A stretch of DNA of 64,000 bases from Candidatus Poribacteria bacterium (GTDB taxonomy: Bacteria; Poribacteria; WGA-4E; JAJDTR01): the NCBI GenBank assembly GCA_965222225.1, contig CBDCTK010000002.1, positions 448,001-512,000 on the forward strand, written 5' to 3'. Position 1 is the first letter of the stretch, and each line of letters starts with the position of its first letter. This document shows positions 39,355 to 49,949 of this stretch, piece by piece. The position numbers were made by a program, and so were the translations under genes. The notes beneath the pieces are model-generated. The model was given only the letters and a program-made list of their open reading frames with translations. It made no database searches and was not told where the DNA came from.

Positions 39355-41823
39355 TTACAAGACAGTCACCGGATCGATGTCGACTACCAAATCTATATTT
39401 CTGGGTATAGGGGGCGAGGCGTTGCTGCGCACTGCTTGTCGAATAAATTCACGTAACTTTTCAACGTTGGAATTTCTCAGAAAGAAATGCCATCGAAACT
39501 TTCCCATAATCTTCGACAATGGGGCGGCAACGGGACCGCGAATCTCAACATCCGGGAACCGTTGTGTCTTGAGCATTTTTAAGCGCTCAAAGATTGTGTT
39601 GGCTAGACGGATGACGTCTGCTTCAACTTCGCCACGGAGCAACAGGGTCGCAGCATGAGTGAGAGGTGGATAGAACAATTCTTCTCGATACGCAATCTCT
39701 TGTCGGTAAAAACTTTGGTAGTCATGGGTTTTCGACGCTTGAACGCTGTAGTGCTTGGGCATGTAGGTTTGGATAATCACGTCGCCTCCGGCTTTGCCAC
39801 GTCCGGATCTTCCTGCAACCTGCGTTAATAGATTGAAAGATCGCTCGCCCGCGCGGAAGTCAGGGAAATTCAAGGCTGTATCCGCAGAGATAACGCCCAC
39901 GAGGGTAACATTCGGAAAATCCAATCCCTTGGCAATCATCTGTGTTCCCACGAGGATGTCAATCTCGCGTGACTTAAACGCCTCAAGAATCTTTAGGTGT
40001 GCGTCTTTACGCGATGTTGAATCAGCGTCCATCCGCTTCACACATGCTTGCGGAAAAGCCTTAATTGTGTCCCGTTCAACTTGCTCGGTTCCTAATCCAA
40101 AGTAGCGCATGTAGGCACTACCGCACTGAGGACAGAGATTGGATGTGGCTCGTGCGTCTCCACAGTGATGACACATCATCAATTTTGTATCAAAGTGAAA
40201 TGTCAATGAAATCGAACAGTTATCACATCGTTCAGCGAACCCACAGGCGCGGCAGAAGACATAAGAGGAAAAACCGCGCCGATTCAGGAACAGAATAATC
40301 TGTTCATTCTTGGCAAGCCTGTCTTTTATGTCATTTCGCAACATCGTTGAAAAAATCGTGCGGTTGTTTTGCTTCAACTCATTGCACATATCTACGATTC
40401 GTACCGGCGGCATCTTGATATTATTGACTCGCGATGGAAGGCTTAGGAGATGGTATTCTCCGAGTTGGGCGCGATAGAAACTTTCTAACGATGGAGTTGC
40501 GCTTCCCAACACTAGCGGACAATTTGCAAGTTCCGATCGTTTCGCAGCCACGTCTCGCGCGTGGTATCGAGGTGCGGTGTCTTCCTGCTTATACGACGTT
40601 TCATGCTCTTCATCAACCACGATGATACCGAGATTTACCACAGGTGCAAAAACGGCTGACCTGGGCCCAACCACAATGTCGGCGTTTCCCATCCGTATGC
40701 GATGCCACTGATCGAAACGTTCACCATCTGAAAGATTGCTGTGTAAAATTGCCACACGAGATCCAAACCGACCGACAAATCGAGAAACCATCTGAGGCGT
40801 GAGGGCAATCTCGGGTACCAACACGATAGCGCCCCTCCCGCATTCGATGACTCTATTGATTGCTTGCATATAGACTTCTGTCTTGCCGCTCCCGGTAACT
40901 CCATGGAGGAGAAAAACCTCATGCTGATTGTTCTCTATTGCACCTTGGATTGCTTTCAACGCTGCCAGTTGATCGGCGTTGAGAATAGACGCCCGAGTTG
41001 GAGAGACAGGTTCGAGGCTTAACGGATTTCGCAGAACCTCGACAGAGTCAATCTTGATAAGTTTCTTTTTCTCAAGTTGCCTAAGCGTTGTCAAGCTTGT
41101 TCGTGCCTGTTGTGTTATTTCACTTGTGGAAATTGATGTCTTGGTTTCAAGCAGGGAACGTAAAATCTCAATCTGCTTCGTCGCTTGCTTTGTGAAGGAT
41201 TCGATTGCCGATTCAATCTCAGGGACGGATTTTGCGAGCGAAACAATTTTCTCGGTTTTCGGCTTGGTCTTTATGCTCAGGTCTGACTTGATTTCAACTA
41301 TACCTTTGCCCTGCAAGATGGAGAGTGCACGGTTCAACCTCGAATTTCCACCTCGCAGCCTCGCTGTTAGCTGGTTTGGAGATAGACTGCCGAAAGTTCG
41401 CAGTGTACGGAGAATTTCCGCCTGAACCGGCGCTCGTTTTCCCAACGCTTCAATTTGCTCATCAGTTGCTAGTAAATGCACCATCCGGCGCCGATAACTG
41501 CGTATTGTTGCAGGCACGGCGCAATTCAGGGCCTCTCCGTGGGAAGATAAATAATATCCGGCCATCCACTTAGTTAGCGTAATCAGTTCCGGAGAGAATG
41601 TTGGCGGACCGTCTAAACAATCAGAGAGGTACTTAATCTCAATGGAATGGTCGGGTAGGACTGGTTCATGTAGTAGGGCAACGATAACCCCTTCCAGAAG
41701 ACGTCTTCTGAGTGGGGCAACTACACGGCTGCCACAATGTACGATGGATTTTAGTCGATCGGGGATAACGTAGGTGAAGGCGAGATCCTGAGGCAGTGGA
41801 AAAACAACGCTTGCATAGTTCAT
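39355..41823 (-). CDS. priA: primosomal protein N'
   Basis: GVTGSGKTEVY, DEEH, LNRRG, Cys clusters, GTQMIAKGLDFP. Confidence 0.97.
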   Translation of the reverse strand: MNYASVVFPLPQDLAFTYVIPDRLKSIVHCGSRVVAPLRRRLLEGVIVALLHEPVLPDHSIEIKYLSDCLDGPPTFSPELITLTKWMAGYYLSSHGEALNCAVPATIRSYRRRMVHLLATDEQIEALGKRAPVQAEILRTLRTFGSLSPNQLTARLRGGNSRLNRALSILQGKGIVEIKSDLSIKTKPKTEKIVSLAKSVPEIESAIESFTKQATKQIEILRSLLETKTSISTSEITQQARTSLTTLRQLEKKKLIKIDSVEVLRNPLSLEPVSPTRASILNADQLAALKAIQGAIENNQHEVFLLHGVTGSGKTEVYMQAINRVIECGRGAIVLVPEIALTPQMVSRFVGRFGSRVAILHSNLSDGERFDQWHRIRMGNADIVVGPRSAVFAPVVNLGIIVVDEEHETSYKQEDTAPRYHARDVAAKRSELANCPLVLGSATPSLESFYRAQLGEYHLLSLPSRVNNIKMPPVRIVDMCNELKQNNRTIFSTMLRNDIKDRLAKNEQIILFLNRRGFSSYVFCRACGFAERCDNCSISLTFHFDTKLMMCHHCGDARATSNLCPQCGSAYMRYFGLGTEQVERDTIKAFPQACVKRMDADSTSRKDAHLKILEAFKSREIDILVGTQMIAKGLDFPNVTLVGVISADTALNFPDFRAGERSFNLLTQVAGRSGRGKAGGDVIIQTYMPKHYSVQASKTHDYQSFYRQEIAYREELFYPPLTHAATLLLRGEVEADVIRLANTIFERLKMLKTQRFPDVEIRGPVAAPLSKIMGKFRWHFFLRNSNVEKLREFIRQAVRSNASPPIPRNIDLVVDIDPVTVL

Positions 41824-41889
41824 GAGAATAGCGCATCAATGGCGGGGGATGACGGGGTGAATGTATCAGACATTCGTGAATCCCATGAC

Positions 41890-42603
41890 CTATTGACCGG
41901 TTTCCGCGGTTTGACTTGTTCCCAGTTCAGCCATGACCTTCTTCATGTCTTCCCAAACCTCCTTCTTTGATTGTGGGTTACGGAGAAGAAAGGCGGGATG
42001 GTAGGTCGGCATGAGTTTGGCACCGTGGTAGTCATGGAATCTGCCCCGCAGTCTCGAGATTTTTTCGTCGGTGTGCAACAAAGCTTGCGCGGCAAAACTC
42101 CCGAGCGCGCAGATAACTTTGGGTTGAATTAGTTCGACCTGTTTGAGTAGAAAAGGCTCACACGTCTCAATTTCGATTGGCTTCGGGTTTCGATTGCCTG
42201 GCGGACGACATTTGATTACGTTTGCAATATAGACTTCGTCGCGAGTAAGCCCCATCGCCTCAATTATCTTGGTGAGAAGTTGACCTGCGCGGCCAACAAA
42301 GGGCTCGCCTTGTTGATCTTCGTCCGCTCCCGGTGCTTCACCGGCAAACATGAGATTCGCATTCTCATTTCCCGTTCCAAACACAACCGTGTTGCGGGTT
42401 GCGTGCAACTCACACCGCTCACAAGCCATTGCTTCGCCTCGCAACCGACTCATGTCGAAATCTGCGAATAGAGATTGCATTTCCGGTTCAGCTGGTTCCG
42501 TTTCCGCCAGTTCCTCGAAACCGAGTTGCATCTGTTCTTCCACGAATTCCCTCACTGTCGCAACAACCTGCAAGTATTCTTGAACGGCGTCCTGATCTGG
42601 CAT
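41890..42603 (-). CDS. udg: uracil-DNA glycosylase family 4
   Basis: GEAPG, PFVGRAG, KCRPPGNR, YHPA. Confidence 0.95.
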   Translation of the reverse strand: MPDQDAVQEYLQVVATVREFVEEQMQLGFEELAETEPAEPEMQSLFADFDMSRLRGEAMACERCELHATRNTVVFGTGNENANLMFAGEAPGADEDQQGEPFVGRAGQLLTKIIEAMGLTRDEVYIANVIKCRPPGNRNPKPIEIETCEPFLLKQVELIQPKVICALGSFAAQALLHTDEKISRLRGRFHDYHGAKLMPTYHPAFLLRNPQSKKEVWEDMKKVMAELGTSQTAETGQ

Positions 42604-42773
42604 GATTTTGAAGCGCGAAAAACGTTTGGGTTTATGTTTTTAGTGGTGAAAACAGTTTATACATTGTTCCGCTACCGTGGATTGAGCACCTTATCGGTCA
42701 AGGCTTGGATTTGGCAATCCAAGCCGAGCGAGGGAACAGCTATGAATGCCTGTTATCTGCCTGCCCCTCGAAT

Positions 42774-44630
42774 TTATTTGAAAATGCCGACGAAGTCGAA
42801 CCATGTGATGTATAGAAATAGTCCAGCTATTAGCACAATGCTGACTTGCTGGATAATCAGTTGCTTACGAATGCTTAAGGGCTTACCACGTAATTTTTCA
42901 ATGATAAAGAACAATATCAGTCCACCATCAGCGATTGGAATCGGTAGCAGATTGACAAAGGCGAGGTTGACAGAGATAAATCCGGCAAAGCGGATTAACT
43001 CGCGAAAACCAAAGCGAGCGGTTTCTGCAGTGGCACTAACAATGCCAATCGGTCCACTAAGTAATTCCGGAGAAACTTCACCAGTTACAAGTTGACCAAC
43101 CATAGACACAGCCTCGGTTACCATCGACCAGCTTTCCTTGATTCCTCTCCCCCATGCCGTAGCAAAATTGTATTGTCTGACTCTATCTGGTTCCGTGAGT
43201 GCAAGCCCGCTAACGGTAGGGGCAACACGTAGCTCTTTGATCAGGAGGCCTTCGCTGTCTTGAGAGTGCATCAACTTGAGCATTACCGTGAAGGTCTCAC
43301 TGTTCGGGCGATGGCCGCTCAGGTTTTCAAGAGTATTCAAATCAGCTCGGTTGTTCTCTAATTCGGCACGAAGCAGTAGGTCGCGATGGAATTCAAACTC
43401 CACCGGTTGATCGACGTGGATTTTTGCGAGTTCTTGAACTTTCTGGTCAAAAACAACATTTTGGACAGGCACGCCATCAATTGAAATTAGCTGATCGCCA
43501 CCCCGAATTCCTTTACTTTGGATGTAACTGTTCTTCTGAATTGTCCCAACGATGAGTTTCCAATCGAGATGTAGATTCTTTACGAAGGAACCGCCGTCAT
43601 CTTTGAAAACATCAATTTTACCCTCGCCTTCTTGGAGTGTATAAACTCGATCCAAGTCGGTAATTTCCCATCCTCTACCGGTTTCCAAAGTTAAAATTGC
43701 GGCATCCCCGGATAGTGCTACATTGTGTTCGTTAAACATACGACGCAACTGCCGTGGAATCAAACCTCTGTTCAAATCCTCTTGGGGAATTACTTCACTA
43801 TCAAACATGAAGCCACGCCGGATTTCAAGCTGGACCGTATTGCCATGGTTTAGTCTAGCAATTTCGTGAAAGTCTGCGTATCTATAGATAGTCTCGTCAT
43901 TGACTTTATCAATCAAATCTCCGGCTTCAAGACCACTTTTCTCTGCCCAACTGTTCTCTTCGACATGGGAAATCAATACTTCTTGCTTCGGCGACACCCC
44001 AAGCTGGCCAATCTTGCGCGCCTTAATTTCCCTTGTTTCAGTTTTTACATTATACAGCATCTGTTTCCGACCGTTTCGAATGATTTCGATATCGAGTTCT
44101 TCGTCGGGGTGTATTGCAACCACCATCTGCAAGTCACGCCAATCCTTTAGTCGTTTTCCGTTAATGGCAATCAGCTTATCCCCGGGTTGGAGGCGAGCAA
44201 GTTCCGCCGGACTTCCATCGACAATATGTCCAATCTGAGTTGTTTCGAGTGATTTGCGAATGTACTCGCCGGAGAATAGGTAGATTAAAGAAAACACAAT
44301 TATGCCAAATGCAACGTTCATGGCGGGACCGGCAATCGCGACGAAGATGCGTTGACCTACCGGAGCAGAGGGAAATTCATCCGGCGCCCCGGTGCGCTCT
44401 TCCGGGTTTTCGCCCGGCATTTTCACAAATCCGCCAAACGGAATTAGAGAAATGCAGTATTCTGTGTCGCCCCGCTTAAAGCCGAATAATTTAGGGCCAA
44501 AGCCGATTGAAAATTTATCGACGCGGATTCCGCAGCGTCTAGCTGCTAGGAAATGCCCGAGCTCGTGGATGAAAATTAGAAAACCCAGTGTGAAGATGGC
44601 AATGATTATTCCATTTATCGAACCCAACAT
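42774..44630 (-). CDS. rseP: RIP metalloprotease RseP with extra inserted domains
   Basis: HELGH, PDZ domains, NLLPIPIADGG. Confidence 0.95.
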   Translation of the reverse strand: MLGSINGIIIAIFTLGFLIFIHELGHFLAARRCGIRVDKFSIGFGPKLFGFKRGDTEYCISLIPFGGFVKMPGENPEERTGAPDEFPSAPVGQRIFVAIAGPAMNVAFGIIVFSLIYLFSGEYIRKSLETTQIGHIVDGSPAELARLQPGDKLIAINGKRLKDWRDLQMVVAIHPDEELDIEIIRNGRKQMLYNVKTETREIKARKIGQLGVSPKQEVLISHVEENSWAEKSGLEAGDLIDKVNDETIYRYADFHEIARLNHGNTVQLEIRRGFMFDSEVIPQEDLNRGLIPRQLRRMFNEHNVALSGDAAILTLETGRGWEITDLDRVYTLQEGEGKIDVFKDDGGSFVKNLHLDWKLIVGTIQKNSYIQSKGIRGGDQLISIDGVPVQNVVFDQKVQELAKIHVDQPVEFEFHRDLLLRAELENNRADLNTLENLSGHRPNSETFTVMLKLMHSQDSEGLLIKELRVAPTVSGLALTEPDRVRQYNFATAWGRGIKESWSMVTEAVSMVGQLVTGEVSPELLSGPIGIVSATAETARFGFRELIRFAGFISVNLAFVNLLPIPIADGGLILFFIIEKLRGKPLSIRKQLIIQQVSIVLIAGLFLYITWFDFVGIFK

Positions 44631-44931
44631 AAAATATCACCTTCTAAAATATTGTCCGAGACCGAAGATTAGTACATGTAGAAAATGAAACGCAAAAACC
44701 CTTTCAAGGGGTTTACCTAAGCAAATGGGATAGAATAACCCTCCATTAGTCTCTAGGCTTAGTGTACGTGGTACCGCTCGGCGTGAAGTGCAGTAACTTT
44801 ATTTTCAGAATCGGGATAATAAGGACATTCACTGCCGAATAGTTGCCTTAGTGCCCGGTAATTACAATAGAGATTGTACTTTGTGTCGTGTCGTCCCTCT
44901 TGTTAATGCCAAACTGCTTGGGTTACACCTA

Positions 44932-46116
44932 CTAGACAACTAGCCTCTGTCTACGAATTAACTCCTGTGCTGTTGATTTTGCCCATCCATCTGCGGCTAA
45001 AATGTCATCGAAGCCGGGTTTAAGTTCCGTGTCATGCCGATCCATGACGTCCTTAAGGATATCCGGAATGTCCATAAACCCAATCTGTTCGTCTAGAAAT
45101 GCTTGAACAACGATCTCATCGGCACTACTGAGCACTGTAGGCAGTGTTCCTCCAACTTCGGCAGCGGTATACGCTAGAGAGAGACAAGGGAATTTTTCAC
45201 AATCAACGGGTTCAAGGTGAAGCGTACGGATATCACAAAGATTGAGTCGCGGAACAGGTGTGGACAAACGGTTTGGATAGGCTAGAGCATGTTGAATAGG
45301 AAGACGCATATCCGTAGCACTCAATTGAGCAAGAATTGAACCGTCAACAAATTCAACTAGTGAGTGGATGATGCTTTGTGGATGAATGATTACATCGATC
45401 TTTGACAGCTCTATGTCGAACAACCATTGGGCTTCAATGACTTCCAACCCTTTGTTCATCATGGTTGCAGAGTCGATTGAGATTTTACTGCCCATTTCCC
45501 ACTTGGGATGATTCAAAGCTTCCTGCGGAATTACCGAGTCGAGTTCATCTATGTCAGTATGGCGAAAGGGACCGCCCGATGCTGTAAGGATAAGACGATG
45601 AATATCGCTCCGTTTCCGGCTGTGTTCTTCACAATCCGAAAGACATTGGAAGATAGCACTCATCTCGCTATCGACAGGTAATAGACGCACATCATGTTCT
45701 TTGACGGCTTGCATGACAAGCGAGCCACACATCACCAACACTTCTTTATTGACGAATGCAAGGTCCTTGCCGGCCCTTATGGCTTCTAGCGTCGGCAACA
45801 GCCCCGCGCTTCCGCCAATTCCTTCGAGTACCAGATCCGCTTCGTCCATAGTCGAGATTGCCAATACGCCCTCCGGGCCGGCAATTACTTCAACTGATTT
45901 CACATCTCGTATTCGCCTTCGCAACTCATCTGCGGCGGCCTTATCGTTGAGAGCGGCACATCTCGGGCGAAAACGACGAATCTGACGCTCCATCAGGTCC
46001 ACAGAAGTATTTGCAGCGATTCCCGCGACACTGAATTCATCAGGATGAGTTGCTACGACTGAAAGAGCGCTCTTTCCGATGGATCCAGTAGAGCCGAGAA
46101 TGGCGAGGTGTTTCAT
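44932..46116 (-). CDS. dxr: 1-deoxy-D-xylulose-5-phosphate reductoisomerase
   Basis: LGSTGSIG, LPVDSE, LTASGGPF, HPKWEMG, NKGLEVIEA. Confidence 0.97.
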   Translation of the reverse strand: MKHLAILGSTGSIGKSALSVVATHPDEFSVAGIAANTSVDLMERQIRRFRPRCAALNDKAAADELRRRIRDVKSVEVIAGPEGVLAISTMDEADLVLEGIGGSAGLLPTLEAIRAGKDLAFVNKEVLVMCGSLVMQAVKEHDVRLLPVDSEMSAIFQCLSDCEEHSRKRSDIHRLILTASGGPFRHTDIDELDSVIPQEALNHPKWEMGSKISIDSATMMNKGLEVIEAQWLFDIELSKIDVIIHPQSIIHSLVEFVDGSILAQLSATDMRLPIQHALAYPNRLSTPVPRLNLCDIRTLHLEPVDCEKFPCLSLAYTAAEVGGTLPTVLSSADEIVVQAFLDEQIGFMDIPDILKDVMDRHDTELKPGFDDILAADGWAKSTAQELIRRQRLVV

Positions 46117-46200
46117 ATCTTAGAATTGAACGAAGGCCTTATGGACGAGGGGAGATGAAGAAGATATGGAACTTGAGGGTTACACAGGACTAAATACATA

Positions 46201-47007
46201 TCATGCAGTGCCTACGAAATACTCGAAATAGTAATAAAGTGCGGGGGTAGAAAAAACCAAACCGTCGCATCGATCTAGCAGTCCTCCGTGCCCGGGGACA
46301 GCACTGCTCGAATCCTTCACGTGTGCATTCCGCTTAATTATCGACTCACTGAGATCGCTGATTTGACTGATGATGCCCAGAGACAAACCAAGTATTAGCG
46401 CATGTACAATGTCCACGGTTTCTTGCAAGAGCAAGAACCAAACGGCCAAGCCGCCCCCCATCCCAGCAATCAAACCCGCGACTGCTCCTTCAATCGTTTT
46501 ATTAGGGCTAATTGCGGGGCACAACTTTCGTTTGCCCAAGTTGCTCCCTATGAGGTATGCGCCACTGTCACCGCACCAGACAGTCGCGAGAAGGAAGAAA
46601 ACCAAGCTGCTACCAATCGGGTCACCTATTTGCCGCAACAGCAGTAGGTGGTAACCAAATGCCCAACCAACATAAATGCTGCCGGTGATGGTGCCGGACA
46701 CAGAGAGGAAGACATCATTTGCTTGCCTTCGGAAGATTTCCGCGGCAAAAGCAACAACAAGGGCAAAAGCAAAGGCGAGCTCAACCGAGAAACCGAACTG
46801 TGCCGAGAGGCCAAACGGCAAAGCTGACAGAAAAAGCGTTGCCTTGCGGCTCTTGGATCCAATGGAGCGTGCGAGTTGACCAAACTCGGCCAACATAACC
46901 AACACGACGGAGAAAACTAGGATGGGATAGAAAAGCGAACCCCGGTAGATAATCAGAATGAGCACCGGAATTAAGACAATGGCACTCAGAAGCCGCTTCC
47001 AAAACAT
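46201..47007 (-). CDS. cdsA: phosphatidate cytidylyltransferase
   Basis: ISPNKTIEG, KDSS..VPGHGGLLDR.D. Confidence 0.96.
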   Translation of the reverse strand: MFWKRLLSAIVLIPVLILIIYRGSLFYPILVFSVVLVMLAEFGQLARSIGSKSRKATLFLSALPFGLSAQFGFSVELAFAFALVVAFAAEIFRRQANDVFLSVSGTITGSIYVGWAFGYHLLLLRQIGDPIGSSLVFFLLATVWCGDSGAYLIGSNLGKRKLCPAISPNKTIEGAVAGLIAGMGGGLAVWFLLLQETVDIVHALILGLSLGIISQISDLSESIIKRNAHVKDSSSAVPGHGGLLDRCDGLVFSTPALYYYFEYFVGTA

Positions 47008-47042
47008 TGGTTTTTGGGAATGGTTCGCTTCAATCTGACAGT

Positions 47043-47630
47043 CTAAAGCTCAAGCAATTCCTCTTCCTTTGATTTCAAAAGCTGATTGATTCGATCTATA
47101 TATTTATCAGTTATTGCCTGAACGGGGTCGTCACTACCTCGCGGTTTCTTTCTATCCGTTCCTCTACCTTTGCCTTTTCTTTCCCCGGATCCGGAATCTT
47201 GGTCGGACTTCCGCATTGCTTCATTCGCATCACGGCGAATGTTCCTGACACAAACTCGCCCGTCTTCAGCCAACTTGCGGACGTATTTCGTAAGTTGTTC
47301 GCGTCGTTCCGTAGTTAAATCGGGGATTTGAATGCGAATAACATTCCCATCATTATTCGGATTCAAGCCCAGATCTGAGCGAGCAACGGCTTTTTCTACT
47401 TCCTTAAGTATTGTTTTGTCCCAAGGTTGGATTATCAGTGTCCGCGGTTCTGGAGTGGTTATGGTTGCAACTTGAGTTAATGGACTCTTGCTGCCGTAGT
47501 AATCTACAAAGACATTATCCAATAAAGAAGCTGAGGCACGGCCGGTCTGTACATGCGAAAAATTCTTGGCGGTTGCGTCCACTGCTTTTTTCATACGTCC
47601 TTCCGCCTGCTGCAAAGTGTTGTCTGCCAT
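47043..47630 (-). CDS. frr: ribosome recycling factor
   Basis: TGRAS..LLD..VDYYG, IQPWD, VRNIRRDAN. Confidence 0.97.
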   Translation of the reverse strand: MADNTLQQAEGRMKKAVDATAKNFSHVQTGRASASLLDNVFVDYYGSKSPLTQVATITTPEPRTLIIQPWDKTILKEVEKAVARSDLGLNPNNDGNVIRIQIPDLTTERREQLTKYVRKLAEDGRVCVRNIRRDANEAMRKSDQDSGSGERKGKGRGTDRKKPRGSDDPVQAITDKYIDRINQLLKSKEEELLEL

Positions 47631-47681
47631 TTTCAAGATCCCCGTGAAAGAGTATTATTGAGTTGGCTATTAGGGTTCAAA

Positions 47682-48284
47682 CTAATCGCTATCTTGCCCC
47701 AACACATAAAGTGCAAAACGTTTCACGATGATGTTTTCCCCCAGTTGGGCAATCGAATCCTGAAGAAGTTGTCTGACAGTCTTGTCGGTGTCTCGGATGT
47801 TGCCCTGCTCCAGCAAACACATTTCAGAGTAAAATTTACCCAACCGTCCCTCGACAATCTTGTCTACAATTTTCTCGGGCTTTCCCTCATCAAGTGTCTG
47901 TGTTCTGAGAATCGCCTTTTCAGCATTCAATATGCTTTCCGGTACATCGTCCTTGCTAACGTACTTTGGCTTGGCTGCGGCAATCTGCATTGCTATCTCC
48001 TTTGCGAGATTCTGGAACTGGTCGGTGCGTGCCACAAAGTCGGTTTCACAGTTTACCTCTACCAATACACCGATTCGGTTGCCAGGGTGAATATATGAAA
48101 CAACCAAACCTTCGGTAGCCGCTCTACCACTTTTCAGTTCAGATGCTCGTAGCCCTTTCTCACGGAGGAAATGAATCGCCGCCTCCACGTCGCCACTCGT
48201 TTCCGAGAGAGCCTTCTTACAATCCATAATTCCGGCGCCTGTACGTGTCCGCAGATCGCTCACCATTTTTGCTGTTATATTCAT
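47682..48284 (-). CDS. tsf: elongation factor Ts (short form)
   Basis: LRTRTGAGIMDCKKAL, EVNCETDFVA. Confidence 0.97.
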   Translation of the reverse strand: MNITAKMVSDLRTRTGAGIMDCKKALSETSGDVEAAIHFLREKGLRASELKSGRAATEGLVVSYIHPGNRIGVLVEVNCETDFVARTDQFQNLAKEIAMQIAAAKPKYVSKDDVPESILNAEKAILRTQTLDEGKPEKIVDKIVEGRLGKFYSEMCLLEQGNIRDTDKTVRQLLQDSIAQLGENIIVKRFALYVLGQDSD

Positions 48285-48324
48285 TTAGGAAGAAAACCTC
48301 CAATCATTGTATACAACCCGAGTT

Positions 48325-49611
48325 TCAGGCTTCTGCTTCAGTAGCCTCGTCGGCCGCGGTAGTAGTTGATGACGCTGGAGCGTCTGATGCCGTAGCTTCG
48401 GCCGTTTCTGCATCTGCTTTCTTGGTTTTTGTGCTTGTGCGCCTTTTGCGACGTGGCTGTTTGGGTGTTGACTCGGCTTCTGCCGATTCTGTCTCGGCTT
48501 CAATCTTAATTTCGGTTACACTATCCCCGGAAGCAGACGCGGTCGCAGCAGTTTCATCCTCGGCCGTTTCTGCATCTGCTTTCTTGGTTTTTGTGCTTGT
48601 GCGTCTCTTACGACGTGGCTGTTTGGGTGTTGACTCTGCCTTGGCCTCAGTCACGCTATCCTCTATAACAGGCTCGGAAACAGCGGCTTCAACCTCCATA
48701 GGCTCGGCTTTTGTATCTACTTTTTTGGATTTTGTGCTTGCGCGCTTCTTTCTTTGCGGGCGCTTAGCCGTAGTCTCGACTTCAACAGCGTCTGTCGGTG
48801 TTTCTCCCGTCCTGTCGGTCGCGCTAACCTCTACCTCGTCGCCAGTTTCAACGGTTTCCGGTTCGTCGCTTTCTACTGCCGCTTTAGATTGAACGACCTC
48901 CGAAATGTCAGCCCCCTCTAATGCAGTTCCCCTGCCCTCAATTATTGAAGTTGCTAGTACGGAGCACATAAGCCTAATTGCACGAATTGCATCGTCGTTG
49001 CCGGGAATCGGGAAGTCAATTAACTGCGGATCGCAATTTGTGTCGACGATGCCAATAACCGGAATACCTAGTTTGTTCGACTCTAGTATGGCGGTGTGTT
49101 CCTTGCGTGTATCGGTAATAATAACCGCGTCCGGGGACCGCTTCATTGCTTTTATGCCGTTAAGATTGTTCGATAATTTTGTTTTCTCTCGTCCTAGACG
49201 GATAACTTCCTTCTTGGGAAGTTGGTCAAAGACACCATTGGCTTCATCAGCTTCCAATTTTTCCAGCCGTTGAATACTGCGTCGAATGGTTTGGAAGTTA
49301 GTTAGCATGCCACCGAGCCAACGATGGTTCACATAGAACATCTGGCATCGAGTGGCTTCTTCGATAACGGTCTCTTGGGACTGCCTCTTCGTACCTACAA
49401 AGAGTACCGTACCACCTTGTGCTGCAATCTCCTGTACATAGTCACACGCAGTCTGAAGCATCCGTAACGTTTTCTGAAGATCTATAATGTAAATACCGTT
49501 GCGCTCAGCGAAAATGTATTTCGCCATTTTAGGATTCCAACGTCGCGTCTGATGACCAAAGTGAACTCCTGATTCAAGGAGTTCTTTCATTGTAGTTCTC
49601 GTAGTTCTCAA
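48325..49611 (-). CDS. rpsB: 30S ribosomal protein S2 with long repetitive C-terminal tail
   Basis: [25 protein letters not shown]; GGAGG + TTG start. Confidence 0.97.
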   Translation of the reverse strand: MRTTRTTMKELLESGVHFGHQTRRWNPKMAKYIFAERNGIYIIDLQKTLRMLQTACDYVQEIAAQGGTVLFVGTKRQSQETVIEEATRCQMFYVNHRWLGGMLTNFQTIRRSIQRLEKLEADEANGVFDQLPKKEVIRLGREKTKLSNNLNGIKAMKRSPDAVIITDTRKEHTAILESNKLGIPVIGIVDTNCDPQLIDFPIPGNDDAIRAIRLMCSVLATSIIEGRGTALEGADISEVVQSKAAVESDEPETVETGDEVEVSATDRTGETPTDAVEVETTAKRPQRKKRASTKSKKVDTKAEPMEVEAAVSEPVIEDSVTEAKAESTPKQPRRKRRTSTKTKKADAETAEDETAATASASGDSVTEIKIEAETESAEAESTPKQPRRKRRTSTKTKKADAETAEATASDAPASSTTTAADEATEAEA

Positions 49612-49619
49612 AAAAACCT

Positions 49620-49775
49620 CCAGTTGTGCTATTGGGTTTAAGCGTTCACTTCCTTCATACTTACATCAGACCCTCGAGCCGAGAGCACCCTCTGTGTAAA
49701 TCAGGAAGTGTGTTTCGTTTGGTATCAAACCTCAAAATCAAAGAAATATAACATATTCTCCCGAATTGTGTCAAG
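49620..49775 (-). promoter_or_regulatory. rpsB promoter and structured 5' leader
   Basis: TTGACA...TGTTATATT; CACTTCCT/AGGAAGTG stem. Confidence 0.55.
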
Positions 49776-49949
49776 CAGAGATTTGTCGCTGCGCGGGGCA
49801 GTCGCGTCTAATTCTTGGTTGTAAAGGCATCCTCCACCTCGATATAGACTAGGCGTGCAATAACAAGGGAAAGTAGGAAAAGAGTTCGACGATTGGGTGG
49901 CGGTCGATTCTAGGCTGAGGCATTTTGGTAATTGTCTGCATCACGGATT

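Noticed and set aside
48245-48892. 215-aa + strand ORF
   Set aside because: Antisense shadow of the low-complexity rpsB tail.
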